NCBI RefSeq assembly: GCF_006345805.1
Contig: NC_043006.1
Location: 71,176,001 to 71,240,000, forward strand
DNA: 64,000 nucleotides
Reading direction: 5' to 3'
Source: Octopus sinensis
Taxonomy: Eukaryota
Of the stretch, positions 36,834 to 51,118 are shown piece after piece. The notes under the pieces were generated by a model that searched no databases, was not told the DNA's origin, and saw only the letters and a program-made list of their open reading frames with translations. Position numbers and translations under genes: made by a program. Position 1 is the first letter of the stretch. Each line of letters starts with the position of its first letter.

Positions 36834-37299
36834 AAATTTTCGACGAGCAAAGGACAAATTTCAATTTCCCACGGCGCTACCGATAGATCTATTTCTGAAT
36901 GGATGTCCTGTTATTGCACATTTTGGGTCAGATAGCCAGAACTTACTGAGATTCAACTGGAGCTGAAAATAGAATATAAATGTTTATCTGTTTCTGAAAG
37001 CAAATCACAGAAGTACTGTCCTAATCTCCAGAAAACAAAAACTCTTCTTTCTTTTTTTTCTTTTTTTTGCGGAGCTGCTATCTCTGCTATGAATCTCTTC
37101 TGTGATGAAATCTTTCAAGTCAAACAACTTGCCGTCTTCAGTAATATTTCCTTATCCTCAGTAACATCATCTCAATGAGCTTCTTAGAACAGATTTAACA
37201 TCCTATCGGCTGGATTTTAAAGGATTAACTACAAAAATAAAGACTCGATAAAAGGTTTCAATGAGCAGAGATTAATCCATCTTCTTTAGTCATTAAAAC

Positions 37300-37366
<67 letters not shown>

Positions 37367-37516
37367 GTTACAATTTTTAAATCTCTCTAAAGAAGCGATA
37401 CAGCAGCAGCACTGGATATTAACATTTATTACCAAACTAACGTGGCAAGCCAGAGAAATAGGACGATGCCAATTCCTCTTCGTCATACATTTCCAGATTA
37501 ATATTAGATGAAATTT

Positions 37517-37735
37517 AAGGCGGCGAGCTGGCAGAAGCGTTAGCATGCCGGACAAAATGATTAGCGGTATGTCGTCTGTCTTTACGTACTGAGTTCAAAT
37601 TCCGCCGAGGTCAACTTTGCCTTTCATCCCTTTCGGGGTCGATAAATTAAGTACCCGTTGCGTACTGAGATCAATCTAATTGACTGCCCCCTCCCAAAAA
37701 ATTCAGGCCTTCTGCCTAGAGTAGAAAAGAATATT
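37517..37735 (+). mobile_element. SINE group B
   Basis: Homologous to 11402-11580. Confidence 0.85.
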
Positions 37736-37839
37736 AGATGGAAATTTTTATGAAGGGATTTCGAACCCTTTATGCAGCTTTTACGTATTAAGGGAAACAT
37801 TTCGAAGCTACCAGCTTCAGCTCTATTTTTCAAAATTAC

Positions 37840-39125
37840 AACTATTTTAAAAATGAAACCAGCTTATATGTCAAAGTGAGAATGTTTTCATCTCTACCTT
37901 GCATACATGTATTGACGCTATTAAGCTGTGTAAATATCTCTGTTAAATATTCCAGCTTGGAAGCCCAAAATTCACATTGTAGATATTACAAGAAGCGTTC
38001 GTGATTTTCTTCTTTAAAAAATGCATGCAATTCTTTCTGGAGTTCCTGCATGCAACTTACTTTTTCAGAGCCATCTGACTTTTGTGTGTAAAAGTAAGTG
38101 CTTGTGCAAGGAATCCATATCAACACAAATTTGTTCAAATAAGCGACACTTCAATGGCCTATTTTTAATATAATTAGCCATTTCAACAACTTGGTTTAAT
38201 ACTTGCTTTAACTCAATTGGTATTGTTTTTGAAACTAGTACCTCCATATGTAGGAAGCAATGACTACGTTTAATATTAGGATTTTGCTGTTGTACGAGCG
38301 ATACAATACCTTTAATAGAGCCAATCATAGATGGTGCCCCATCGGTACATATTCCAACACGTGAATTCCAGGATAAATTCATCTTTTCGGGGTAGGCAGA
38401 TAAAATGTCAAAAATATCTTGACCTCTTGTAGTGAGTGGTATTTCTTCGCAACAAAAGAACTGGTGTCTGATTTCGTTACCATCAATAAAGCGAATAAAT
38501 GTAAGTAATTGTGCTTTGTTGCTAATGTCGATCGATTCATCAACCTGTAGAGCAAATTCTGGGTTCTGAAGTTTGTTCTGTACATTTCCCTCTATATCAG
38601 CAGATAAATCCATAATTCACCTATGGATTGTATTATTTGAGAGCGGAATCTTGCTTATTTTTTGCTCGGTTTTAACTATCTTTCTACAAGCGGGTATCAT
38701 AATTGACTCGGCTAAAGTATGCCATTTCGTTTTTAGTGCAATCATTTCAGCCATTTCAATAGACGCGATTTGAACCTTTTCAGAAGCATTCATCCTTCTT
38801 TCAAAATAGATTCTTTGTTTAGATTGCTGTTCTAGCAGTCTCTGGAAATAATTCAGATCTTTACATTGAAGATGTGAGTGTTTAGCTGTAAAATGGTTTT
38901 TCAACTTACTGGCTAATATGCCTTCGTTAGGCATCTTTTCAGCACAGCGGAAGAAGTTGATCCCCGTTGCCAGTCCAATGAATCCCAAACTTTAAATAGC
39001 TATTGCAGTATTTACGACAGAGTCAAGCTTTCGCATTTTTTATCGCTACGCTTATTTACTTTTGACGAACGTTCACTTTCAGATTCATAATCATCACAGT
39101 TATGTTTCCTCTTAATAAACGCGCG
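37840..39125 (-). pseudogene. hAT Buster-family transposase (ZBED5/SCAND3/ZBED8-like), frameshifted and 3'-truncated
   Basis: RKYCNSYLKFG, PLSNNTIHR, FALQVDESIDISNKAQLLTFIRF, GICTDGAPSMIG, SHCFLH, LLLHTKVRWL. Confidence 0.92.
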
Positions 39126-40465
39126 GGTGAGGGTGTGGTTGTTACTTTCTGTTGCTTCCTTTCTGTTTCTTATCGCCATATTCTCCCCTTTGTTTCTCTC
39201 TCCTTTCTCACTTTCCCACTCTCTTACTCTTCCTTTCTCTCGGACTTTCCTTCGCTTTCTCTACTCTCTATCTTTCTTTATCTCTCTCTCTCCCATTTAT
39301 AAAAAACAAAAGATCTTGAGTAAGTTGAGAAAGAAAATATTTTGAAAGATCAATCATAAATATCAGGCAGTGACAACGGAAAGCACACTTGCCTTTTGTA
39401 CATGTCATTATTTGAGCTATTAAAAATAAGGGAAAAAGGATTTCTTTCTTAAATTTAGTACTTATTTTAGGAGTTTTCCGACGATTGACCATGCAAATGA
39501 AAGCTCTAAACACGGGCTACATTTCAGAAAAAATTAAAACTGTAAACAATAAAAAATAAAAGGCAAAGGTACGTAAAAATGAGAATTTTTTTCAACTTCA
39601 AAAATCTTGCCTTAATTTTCAATATTTCGAACCCATTTTCCGCGCTTAAATTACAAATCCGCTTCCACTTTACCATGTTGAAAATTTGATTGAAATCGAA
39701 CAAAAGGTGTCCAATCTAGACCCCCAAGTGTCCCAAAAATTCAATAAAATCCCCGTTTTCACACCAAAGCAACCACTGCAGCGCCCCAAAACATCTCCCA
39801 ATCAATTTCTCACCTCAAGTTACCACCTCCTGTAAATTTTAATCCCCTTCCAGCCCCATTTTACATAAAAATCCAATTTGCATCAACGTTCGCCTTCTTC
39901 ATTTTATAGATTAGATTTAGTCTGTTAATATGAATTGTTTCGCACAAAGGGCACAGATTAGTAAGAGAGTCAAACTGAGACTGAGACAAAAGACCAGTGA
40001 GCTGTGAAATGTGGTAGCGTATCATATTATCGGGCTCTTTTGAGAAGTCTTTCAAAATTAATTAAAAAGATGAAAACTTTCGCCACTAAATGAATGAAAA
40101 AAAAATTGAAATACAGCCCCAATACGTGAGGACGTATTTTAATACGTCCTAACATCGTATATTTTAGTTCAATAGTTTATTTTTTACACTTATGAAAATG
40201 AAAACTGTTGAAGCGACGATCGAAATAAACTGAAACATAGTCGTGCACTGAATGTGTCCATAAGACATCAATTTCGAGGATAGATTGATGCTAATTTAGT
40301 TCTTATTCTTATGAAATTTCAGATTCAAAACTTGAACAACACTGTCAAACCATAATTAGCCTAAATGAATTGAATGACACAACCGCCTCTCATTCCTTTT
40401 AGTTTTTTGCCACTGTTGACATTATATATGTATTTTCTAGTGAATTTCGGTTTGTATTTTTCATA

Positions 40466-40846
40466 TCTTTATATATAAAAGAGAAGTTGTGTGTCTGTCT
40501 CCTACGATTTAGATTCCTAACTACTCCCACATTTTGCGGTGCAGTTTAACCAAAAGCGGGTATCTTATAGTCGTGATTCATATCGAGCCCTTCTGGGTAT
40601 TAGCGCGCGTCTACGATTTAAAAAAAAATTACCATCATTTTTTTCCATTTTAATGCATTTTTCGCTATTATATAAGGGAAGTAACTCTCTAAAATTTCTA
40701 CGATGAGTCAACGATTTAAAAAAATTTACCATCATTTGTTTTCCATTTTTAATGCATTTTTTGCTATTTTTTGGCTATGACTCTCTAAAAATGCTTATAT
40801 AGTTATTTCCCTTACAAACCCGAGCAACGCCGGGCGATACTGCTAG
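40466..40846 (+). mobile_element. Non-autonomous Helitron with an internal tandem duplication
   Basis: A|TC...CTAG|T, hairpin cccgagcaacgccggg; highly similar to 12765-13067. Confidence 0.85.
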
Positions 40847-41346
40847 TTTTGAAATATAATCTTACTTTTTCGAGGCGCACCTAATTACATTTTGCGGCAC
40901 ACCAGTGCGCCGCGGAGCACAGTTTGAGAACCACTGTCCTACCACTATCCATCGTGCCTTCTCTCTCCTGACTAAACCATTGAATATACAGATGCACAAA
41001 TGGTAGAGCTGAGCGTTTTGGCTGCTTTGTTTTTTCTCACCGTTGCTGACGTCATCTTCAAACGTCCTTACATCAAACACAATCCAGATTGTATTTCGTC
41101 TTCACTTTCATACTTTTTCAAGATGATTAAAAAATAACGTATTGCAAGTTATGGGTCGTTTGACTTGCTAGAAACTGCAGTGAAATGTCTTTCAAGTCAC
41201 AGCCTACCGTCTCATAAAAGGGAAGAAGAAGAAGAAGAAGAAGAAGAAGAAGAAGAAGAAGAAGAAGAAGAAGAAGAAGAAGAAGAAGAAGAAGAAGAAG
41301 AAGAAGAAGAAGAAGAAGAAGAAGAAGAAGAAGAAGAAGAAGAAGA

Positions 41347-42172
41347 ACTGGAAAATAAAATCACTGGGCAATATCTCAGAGAAATTGAAGGAAAAGACAA
41401 GATCAACACTTAAAAAGTTATCTGAAAGGGTGCACTGAGGCATTGATGTGCAGAGCCCAGGAACAAGCTCTGAGTTCCAAATATATAAGAGTGGCGAATC
41501 GCCTCTTGTAGGATGTGTGGCAGCAGAAACGAAACAATCTCACATAATGTGAGTGAGTATAGTAAGCTGACCTAAAAGCATTACAAAAGGAGGCTATGTG
41601 AAAAGTACGGCTTGAATGGAGCACAGAAATAGTACGAACATGAACCAGAAGGAGTCACTGAGAACAGTGAATATAAGATAATGTGGGATTTTACAATCCT
41701 GTGTGACTCTCTAATCGAGGCTCGGAGACCAGATATTGTTTTGGTAAATAAAGGAAAAAAGGAAACCGAGGTAATAGATATTGCAATACTTGGGGATTCA
41801 CCCATAATTGACAAAGAACTAGAAACTATTGAAACGTATAGACTGCTAAACTACGAAATTGTAAAAATGTGGACTATGAGCAGAGTGTCTGTAAATCCAT
41901 TAGTAGGGGTACTCGGAGCTTTAACAACGAAGTTCGAGAAATATGTCAAAGAAATCAGAATTGACATGAGAGCAGAGTAAGCCAAAAAAACTGCTCTGTT
42001 GAGGAGAGCTAGGATTTTGAAATTGGTCCTTGGATGTTGAATGTCTCCCACGATAATTAACAACCAAGTATCAAAGCTTATGATGTACGGAAAGAGACCC
42101 TGTGAGACCTCTGACAGCAGGCTGCTGTCATCTCTCAAAGAATCTACCAGAACAAACAAGACCGAGAAGTAA
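41347..42172 (+). mobile_element. R4/Dong-clade non-LTR retrotransposon 3' remnant (CCHC plus restriction-like endonuclease)
   Basis: AQEQAL, WDFTILCDSLIEARRPDIVLVNK...IDIAI...KE...VGVLGA; ends in (TAA)n and is preceded by (GAA)n. Confidence 0.85.
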
Positions 42173-42199
42173 AATAATAATAATAGTAATAATAATATC

Positions 42200-42891
42200 C
42201 GATTTTTGCCATGAACATGAAGTTAGAACAAAGAGCCAGCGTGAAAATTTCGTTAAATTTTGTAAGTCCGCAACAGAGACACTGAGCATGCTACAGCAAG
42301 CTTACGGCGACAAGATAATGGGTCGTACGCAACGTTTCGAATGGCACGGTTGCTTCAAATACAGAAGGTCCCTGGAAGACAATGAGCGATCTGGAAGATC
42401 TGTCACCGCTGTAAATAACGAGAAAATTCATCAGCTTATGCATATGGAACGTCGGAGGAAAATCAACAACTTTTTTGAAGCGTCAGAAGAAGGACATTCG
42501 GAGAAAGCAACTGGATCTGCCGAGCGCGAATAAGTGGATTCTTCACGACGGCATTGCACTTTGTCAACGAGCTCTCCTCACTAAAACAATATGGTATCGC
42601 TTCCGGATCCGCCCTACACGCCAGATTGACCACCTCCGGTCTTCCCCAAGATGAAAAGACAACTCAAAGGTCGCCGTTTTGAAACCGTTTTCGAGATCAA
42701 GGGCGAATCGCAGCAGGTTCTCGACTCGCCTAAGGAAAATTATTACCCGACTGATTTCAAAAGTGGGGGGAACGCTGGGGCCGGTGTATTGCGCCACAAG
42801 ATAGTTATTTTGAAGGAGATGATGCAAAAAACGTAGGTAAGTTGTTTTTTATTAGATATAACAAGTCTAGGAACCGTTTGATACCACCTTG
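42200..42891 (+). mobile_element. Internally deleted mariner element
   Basis: KSATETLSMLQQAYGD...FEWH...SLEDNERSGR; WILHD; PKMKRQLKGRRF; 3' TIR gaaccgtttgataccaccttg followed by TA. Confidence 0.85.
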
Positions 42892-42920
42892 TATATATGT
42901 ATATACATACATATAATATG

Positions 42921-42997
<77 letters not shown>

Positions 42998-43156
42998 ATG
43001 TATATTCCCATACGCGCGCAGGCATTGATAAAGAGATATGTAATAATGCATTTATACAATGTGTGTATGGAGTATGTGTACTTATATACATAGATATATA
43101 TACTTACATATATACATATATATGTGTATCACAGAGAATTCTACTGCAATATTATA

Positions 43157-43257
<101 letters not shown>

Positions 43258-43472
43258 TATACCTGTACATATATATACATGCATACGTATATACATATAT
43301 ACATGTATGCATATATGTATATATATATATAATGAATTTATGTATGTATATGTATGTGCTCGCCGTTCACACATACATATATATATAGGCTAGTGGATTT
43401 ATATGGCTTGTACAAACGAAGAATGAAACACTGAACTCAAAAGTTAGTTGAAGGAAAAATTGCTTTCCCGAA

Positions 43473-43827
43473 AATTCTGAGATCAGATTGGTCCACTGGA
43501 CTTTTCTTTCAAGTTAGAACCACCCTCAGGCTATTGTTTGTGTTTTGTATGTATATATATGTTTGTGCAAGTATACATACATACATATATGTAATATATA
43601 TATTTATATATTTATCGATTTATTTATTTTTATTTATTCATTTTAATATATATATATACATATATATATTTATGTATGTATGTACATATATATATAAATA
43701 TATATATATATGCATATGCATGTATGTATACATATATATATATATGTATATATACATATATGTATATATATTTGAATAAATATATATGTATATGTGTGTA
43801 TGTATTTGTGTGTGTGTGTGTGTGTGG

Positions 43828-43859
<32 letters not shown>

Positions 43860-43964
43860 ACTTGCACACATATGTATACATACAAAATACAAAGAATAAC
43901 CGAAGGGTGGTTCTGACTTGAAAGAAAAGTCCAGCGGACCAACCAGTCTGCTCTTCTCAGAGTT
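43473..43964. repeat. Inverted ~85-bp arms around a TA/TG microsatellite spacer
   Basis: ctggacttttctttcaagttagaaccaccct versus agggtggttctgacttgaaagaaaagtccag. Confidence 0.8.
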
Positions 43965-44232
43965 ATATACACACACACACACACACATATATATGTATAT
44001 ATATATATATACATATGTAAATGTATATATATACATACATACATTTCTGTGTGTGGGGGGGCATGTATTTATGTATATACTTACATACATAATAATAATA
44101 AAGACATATATTGACATATGTCCGTCTATGTATGTGTGTACAAATACATACATACATACATACATACATACATACATACATACATACATACATACATACA
44201 TACATACATACATACATACATACATACATACA

Positions 44233-44266
<34 letters not shown>

Positions 44267-44409
44267 CATACATGCATACACACATATATGTATGTATATA
44301 CATTTGCTTTTATTTGATGTATTAGATTCAGAAACTAAGGCCATGCTGGAACACCGCTTTCATTGCGTTTGGGTTTCTTTTCTGTATGAAGAAACTTTTC
44401 TGTTTCTTT

Positions 44410-44790
44410 TCTCGTGAAGCAACGAGTTCGACGAAGCTGCTCTTCTCTGTGTTTCCTGCCGCCATGTGGGTTCCTTTGGTATCTTAGTTAATAATTTGTC
44501 CATGCATTCTTTGAAGACCTCCACATCTACACCTCGCAAATCTCTGAGGCAGAATGTTGAATAGTTGTGGACCCTTGAAACCCAAGCTGTTACGATGGTG
44601 GGTCCTTGTTGTAGTTGGAGAGAACGGGAAGTTTGATTACATGCATTGCCACTCAGTTCAAAGGTTGGTAAGAATTTTGTTCCAAAGTTAGAAGATAGAC
44701 CTTCCAAAATCCTCCATATGTATGTATATGTGACTGACTCTTCTATCGAAGACGACCTATGAACATTCAGCTTTTGTCGGAAGACCTGCA
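44410..44790 (-). mobile_element. CR1-clade LINE 3' remnant
   Basis: YIWRILEGLSSNFG...LRDLRGVDVEVFKECMDKLLTKIPKEPT...RAASSNSL. Confidence 0.75.
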
Positions 44791-45194
44791 GAAATGATTT
44801 GTTTAAAATGATCAAATGTTCGTGCCGTACATTAGCTCACTCTCTCCATCAAGTCGACGTTGTCTGAACAGGCTCACTGTGTACCATGCACCAAATGCTG
44901 AAGTGATTCCAGTGCAATGTGAGATCAAGAATTTTGTTCAAGAACATAACGCACTACTGGTCCAGGAATTGAAACTAAGATCTCGCAGTCGTGAGTACAA
45001 CACCCTCACCACATGGCCATGCACACACATACATATACATATGTGTATAGTAATTGATTTAAAGGTAGAAATACTTCAGGAGTTCGTCCGGGTCAAAGAC
45101 TTGTGTGTTATATATGTTTTCACATGAAACTTTTCGTTACTGCGCAATTTTGGAGATATTTCAAGATATTGGGTTCTATATGTGTATTTAAGCT

Positions 45195-45242
<48 letters not shown>

Positions 45243-45444
45243 TGTGTACTTTTACAGAGAGAGAAAGATAAAGTGAGAAAGAAGAAGAGACAGATAGATA
45301 TATATATAGATAGCTAGACAGACAGACAGACAGACACATAGATACATACATGCATGCATACATACATACATATGTACATACATACATACATACATACATA
45401 CATACATAACATACATACATACATACATACATACATACATACCA

Positions 45445-46065
45445 ATAGTCGGATTATTACCTCCCACTTTGAAAGGTAAGCGTTTGCAATCCAAGAACAG
45501 GAAATATCAACCAAATACCTGATGCACAAAAGAGATAGTGATGCAGGAAATGCTGTAAAGTGTGATAACCAATGCAGAATCTGTGGAGTTCACATTGAAG
45601 ATATCACGCACATCATAAGCAGTTGTCCGAAAATGACATCACGGTTATATCCGCTGGTGAGACGTGATGTTGTAGCTAGGACATTCTATAATGAAATCTG
45701 AGGACAAAAAAATATGAACCAACAATATGGTAGAAGCCATAGCCACTCATAATAAAAAGGAATACTAGTGGAAGTAGTAATGTACGAGTAAAGACCTCAA
45801 TAAAATGTAAGCACAACAGACCTGATATAATGATTTGGGATATAGAAGAGAAACTGTGCACAGTTGTGGATATTAGCTGCCCAGCGGATGTTAACATAAA
45901 GCTGAAGATCAGTGAAAAAGAGAACACCTATGATGAACTGTTGAGAAATCTGTAATTACTCTACCCAGATTGCATATTCAGGTTTATACCTGTAATTATT
46001 GGAGCCCTGGGATATGTAACACACTGCCTAAATAGCAATCTTGAGAAATTAGGCTTCTCACACAT
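45445..46065 (+). mobile_element. R4/Dong-like RLE retrotransposon remnant (second family)
   Basis: AIQEQEISTKYL...CRICGVHIEDITHIISSC...HNRPDIMIWD...VDISCPAD...IPVIIGALG; preceded by (CATA)n. Confidence 0.88.
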
Positions 46066-46099
46066 AAACAAATGAGATTTTCCCAATTTATGTGTGTTG

Positions 46100-48400
46100 C
46101 AACACCGAATTTCCAGTACCATTGGTTGTAAATCCTAACCGGATTAAGCGTTTCATTGAACCAGATGTGGTCATCTGCGATCATCGTGCTAATTTATCAA
46201 TTATAAACGCTCCATTGTCTCTAAAGCACTATGAACTGTTAGAATCTTAAATTATATGAATAATAAATTTATCTGAAATTACATTAACACAAACGAAATA
46301 AGCTGATTACTATTGTATTATACTGATACCCGTATCAGTGAAACAAGACTAATTAAAAAAAATTATTAAACAAAATTTAGATGTAAATTTATTTATTGCA
46401 TCATGAACACTGTCGGGATTACAGTTAATTTCATTGTTGATGTTTTCATCTCAGATTTCTGGTTCTGTAGACTGGATAACCGGGTACTTGAAGTTGAAGC
46501 AACGCAAAAGCCATCATTGTTAAGTAATATTCGTAGCCACTTTAACATGGCTGTCCGTTCGAGCGGACTCTTTTGCATTATTGTTAGCTCTCTTTTTGAA
46601 ACATTTCACACAAGCAAAGTTACTTCATGTTTTAATTTTTCTATAAGTGATTTTTTAATGCGACAAATGTAAATTTATTCGTTCTTATTACGCAAAGTTG
46701 GTCTGTTGCTCTAACTCTTTGATTATTTCATTCACCAACTCAATTAACTAACCCGCCATGGGAATGTCATTCAGTTTCATCTGTTTCATCTTTATCATTG
46801 TCATTTTCATTGTTTCCTATTTTATTATCAACATTCTGAACAATATCTATAATTTCTTGGTCAATATTTATCCTCTTGGTCAGATTTTCATTTAAATTAT
46901 TTACTTTATATCGATAATAAGTCCTGTAAACGTCTTTATATTCGCACGAAGACACTTTTCTTTTGATTGTGAATCGTTGTCAACCTTTTCTCCGGATGAA
47001 TTGTCAATCATCAAGGCCGGCCAAAACTAAAATGTAGATGTTCCGCCGTCTACCCTCCTCTAGCAACGAACCATCATATCAAAATCTCTAATAAATGCTT
47101 GTACAGACTTGTCCTATCCCTTGCATTTAACATACGTTTCGTGAAAAGTAAGCGATATTTAACTTCTAAAGATTACTGTAATCTTTGATTTGGGGGTTGG
47201 TTAAGTGACATATACACTCGGTCGGTAAATACATTGTATAAATAGTTTTTCTTACAAGTGAACAGTTGCTCAGAATAATAATTATACATGTTTACAGATG
47301 TGTAGTGTACGCTGGCTTCTAGAACAGAATAGTTTTCAAACCATTCTGAGGTAGCTTCCAGCCATTTTTATTTGAATGTTATTTTACTGGGTAAATTTAA
47401 TATTTTTCAACGTTATGAGCATTTACTGTTTCCTATCACTAAGTGTTTACATTTATATGTATCTGCGACATTTACGCCATTAAGATGGTTAAATCCGTCT
47501 TTAAATTGCTTGAATCCTTCAGAAGCTTCTTCATCTTTTGTTGTTAATGTATTCTCATATTTGCATCGCTAATATCATGAAGTTTCACCTGCATTACACA
47601 CCTGCTTAGAATTGAAGTGCTCAACAACTACAAGCTTGTCGATGCCATCCACATACTTGACAGTATCTTCGTGGTTTACAAACGGCGTTTCTCTACACAC
47701 TTCACTAAAGGAAACTCTGTGATATTGCTCGAATCTTTGAAGCCATCCTGAACTATAATCACCAGTTCTAATGTAAGTTCCTTATGGAGCTCCATTATTA
47801 TGCTACCTAAAAAATTTCACTCAATTCCATGAATCCGACGATATTGAAACCATTCCGTCATCCTTCAATCGTATTCAGAAGTTATAACATATTTCATTGC
47901 TTTTTTTGTTTTTGTTTGTTGTTGCTATTGTTGTTGTTTGTTTGTTTGTTTTTTCATTGTGACTTGCTTCTTGGAATTCTTGTCTATATAGAATTTAAAT
48001 ACAATTCCCTTTATCATAAACAGTTCATGAACCGTTACTGTAGACTTTATAAAGCTTACGCACTGAAACATCATAGACAAGCTTTTTCAGAGTTCAACTT
48101 TCTTTTGGATCGATACGTACATTTAATACCACTAGTGACACACGTATCTCTTTTGGAATCCACAGTTAGGCTTTAATTTGAACAGAATAAGCTAAGAATC
48201 ACACGAAATAGAATTATTACCACTAACAACTGCAGTGAGAAAAATCTATTGCAAATCTGAAATAGCGCCGCTAACCTTAACGCCATCTGATAGCCCCCCA
48301 GTATGACGGCAGCCAGAATTTTAAGTTCCTGCTAGTAATTTTATCCGGACTAAAAAAAAAAGAAGGTACCAAACCATCTTTTGTGGAAGATTCGGTGTTG
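46100..48400 (-). mobile_element. Full-length decayed pogo/Tigger (Jerky/TIGD-like) transposon, ~2.3 kb
   Basis: TIRs caacaccgaatttcc (46100) and ggaagattcggtgttg|TA (48400). Minus strand reads YSSGWLQRF...QVCNAGET...YKCKHLVIGNS with stops. Confidence 0.8.
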
Positions 48401-48409
48401 TACGTGTGT

Positions 48410-48461
<52 letters not shown>

Positions 48462-48638
48462 GTGTGTGTGAGATGCGTTCCTCCCAGTTATATGCGGTAG
48501 AAGCATAGATACTGTGTATGTATGTGTATATGCGTGTGCATGTATATATGTATAGAGACACGCACATACACACATATAAGTAAATATATATTGCAGACAA
48601 TAATATATATATAAATTTATGCATATATAAATACACAT

Positions 48639-48687
<49 letters not shown>

Positions 48688-48892
48688 GTGGGGTTGCATG
48701 TGCGTGTATGTATATGTATGTGTGTATGTATCTGTGTGTGTATATGTGTTTAATATATATATATATATATTTTATATATGTTTATAGACAGATATACAAA
48801 CACAAAACTTTACTTATCGTCAGGCATATACAAGTTATGAACGTTCAGAAGCGCGTACCTACATACACACACATACAAACACATACACATAC

Positions 48893-48945
<53 letters not shown>

Positions 48946-49078
48946 CATTCACAAGTATGTACATGGCTATGACATTTAAAACAAATGGCATGCACACATG
49001 CACACAATCATCGTACACAAAAGAAACACACAGACACACACACACACACATATATATATACGGCTAAAACACATGCAC

Positions 49079-49119
<41 letters not shown>

Positions 49120-49372
49120 CTCTCGCACGAACGCACACGCGCATACACACGCGCGTACAGGCACATCACACACACACAAATACTCAAACACATATACCCA
49201 ATTATATATATGTATATGTATGTATATGCATGTATATGTATGTATATGTATGTATATACACTCACTCAAACACATACACACACACACTCAAGCACACACG
49301 CACTCACTCACACACACACGTGCACACACACATGCACACACACACACACACGCACACACACACACGCACACG

Positions 49373-49404
<32 letters not shown>

Positions 49405-49917
49405 TACACACACACACATGCTTTTTACGTCCTCCGAGCAGACGATAAGGCTTCAGCCATATTGAGCGTTGTTGTGTCAGGCGAGCATAGAAGCCGTTAG
49501 CACTTGCAAGGTGTCACTCTTTCTCGGCACCGAGTGGGAAGCTAGTCTTTATTTCCTGTTCGGAAAGAAGCTAAAATAGGTTCAAGACCGTCATTAGCAG
49601 AACAACTGCAGACATTCTGCCATGAAGTCTTCTATTGGGAAGGAAATATCAATTTAGAACGAGGGGGTACTACTACTTCCTTGAAACAGCCGTCAATCTA
49701 TGACGTCAAACTGGAGGGAAAAACAACAACAAAAAGTTTTTTAAAATAACGAAAAATAACATAAAAAGTAAAAACATGAAAATACACACACACGCGCACA
49801 CATACGGATATTGTCCGTATTTGTGATTGTGTGCATGTATTTGTGTATGTATATAGCAGTGTATTGAGTATGTGCTTGTATGACTGTGGGTGTATGGTTG
49901 TCTGTAGTGTGTTTATA

Positions 49918-49956
<39 letters not shown>

Positions 49957-50134
49957 GGGTGGGAGAAAGAGAGAGTTTTGGTTGTATGTATGTGGGTATA
50001 AGTGTCCAAAGCTCTGTGTGTTAGTTTATATGGATATTTTATTTTGGATGTATAGTTGTGTGGTTGTCTTCGCGTGCATACAGACTTGTGTGTATATGAA
50101 GGTGTGTGAAACTGTGCCTGGTTATATATAAGGT

Positions 50135-50420
50135 GTATGTGTGTATGTGGCAGTGTGTGTGCTTGTGTGTGTATGTGTGTATGTGGCAGTGTGTGTGCTT
50201 GTGTGTGTGTGTGTATGTGTGTATGTGGCAGTGTGTGTGCTTGTGTGTGTGTGTGTGTGTGTGTATGTGGCAGTGTGTGTGCTTGTGTGTGTATGTGTGT
50301 ATGTGGCAGTGTGTGTGCTTGTGTGTGTGTATGTGGCAGTGTGTGTGCTTGTGTGTGTATGTGTGGATGTGGCAGTGTGTGTGCTTGTGTGTATGTGTGT
50401 ATGTGGCAGTGTGTGTGTGT
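50135..50420. repeat. ~36-bp TG-derived minisatellite (gtatgtggcagtgtgtgtgcttgtgtgt), ~8 units
   Basis: Seen directly. Confidence 0.9.
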
Positions 50421-50742
50421 GTGTTTGCGGCTTTGCGTTTGTTTGTGATGTGCATATATAATTCTGGCTGTGTGACTATTGTCTGGATTGTGTGTACGAC
50501 TGTATGTATGATTACATGTAACATGTGTATATGTATGTACGTGTATGTGTACGCACATGTATATATGTGCATATATATATATGTAGATATGCATATAACG
50601 CGTGCAATGAGTGTGTATGCTTAAATGTATATCTATGAACGTCTCCCTAATTCGCCATATACATATGACATATCAAATGAATGTTTGAATGTATATATAT
50701 GCGCGTTTCAAGTATGTACTCGTGTATTCTTTGTGGTGTGTG

Positions 50743-50825
<83 letters not shown>

Positions 50826-50935
50826 CATATATATATATAATTGCAGTTTTGTAATTAACTGTCTCATCTCATAAAGGTGTGTGTAATATATATATATATA
50901 TATAATATGTATGTATGTATGTATGTATGTAGATA

Positions 50936-51118
50936 TGTTGTGTCAGGTGAGAATCATTTTCTTTTTGTGCCTTATAATGTAACACAAGACTATTGAAAAG
51001 GTTGCAAGATGCAACAAAAATTTTAGGAAAATAAAAATAAGAAATAAGTGGAAATTTTACCGGTGAGTGTATTATACTATAAGGCACAAAACGAAAATGA
51101 CTCTCCCCAGACACAACA
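50936..51118. repeat. Inverted ~50-bp arms in a (TA)n context
   Basis: tgttgtgtcaggtgagaatcattttctttttgtgccttata versus tataaggcacaaaacgaaaatgactctccccagacacaaca. Confidence 0.75.

Larger units (their letters stand above)
37840..40936 (-). mobile_element. hAT/Buster element (5' terminus plus transposase remnant) with nested insertions
   Basis: Minus strand from 40936 reads CAGTGGTTCTCAAACTGTGCTCCGCGG, a typical Charlie/Buster terminus, upstream of the transposase. The link between terminus and ORF is inferred. Confidence 0.65.

Noticed and set aside
38065-38988. Domesticated ZBED/SCAND3-type gene
   Set aside because: Frameshifts, stops, 3' truncation and a retained terminus indicate a dead transposon.
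49430-49712. Island with a strong minus-strand acceptor and a TGACGTCA site
   Set aside because: All three frames stop within a few codons and the donor is weak. CRE octamers also occur in repeats elsewhere (2568, 41047, 59780).
50135-50420. CRISPR-like repeat spacing
   Set aside because: Eukaryotic context; the spacers are (TG)n length variants, not unique sequences; no cas genes.
49698-50594. 298-aa ORF with HTQAHTLP repeats
   Set aside because: Derived from a TG minisatellite; no splice or homology support.
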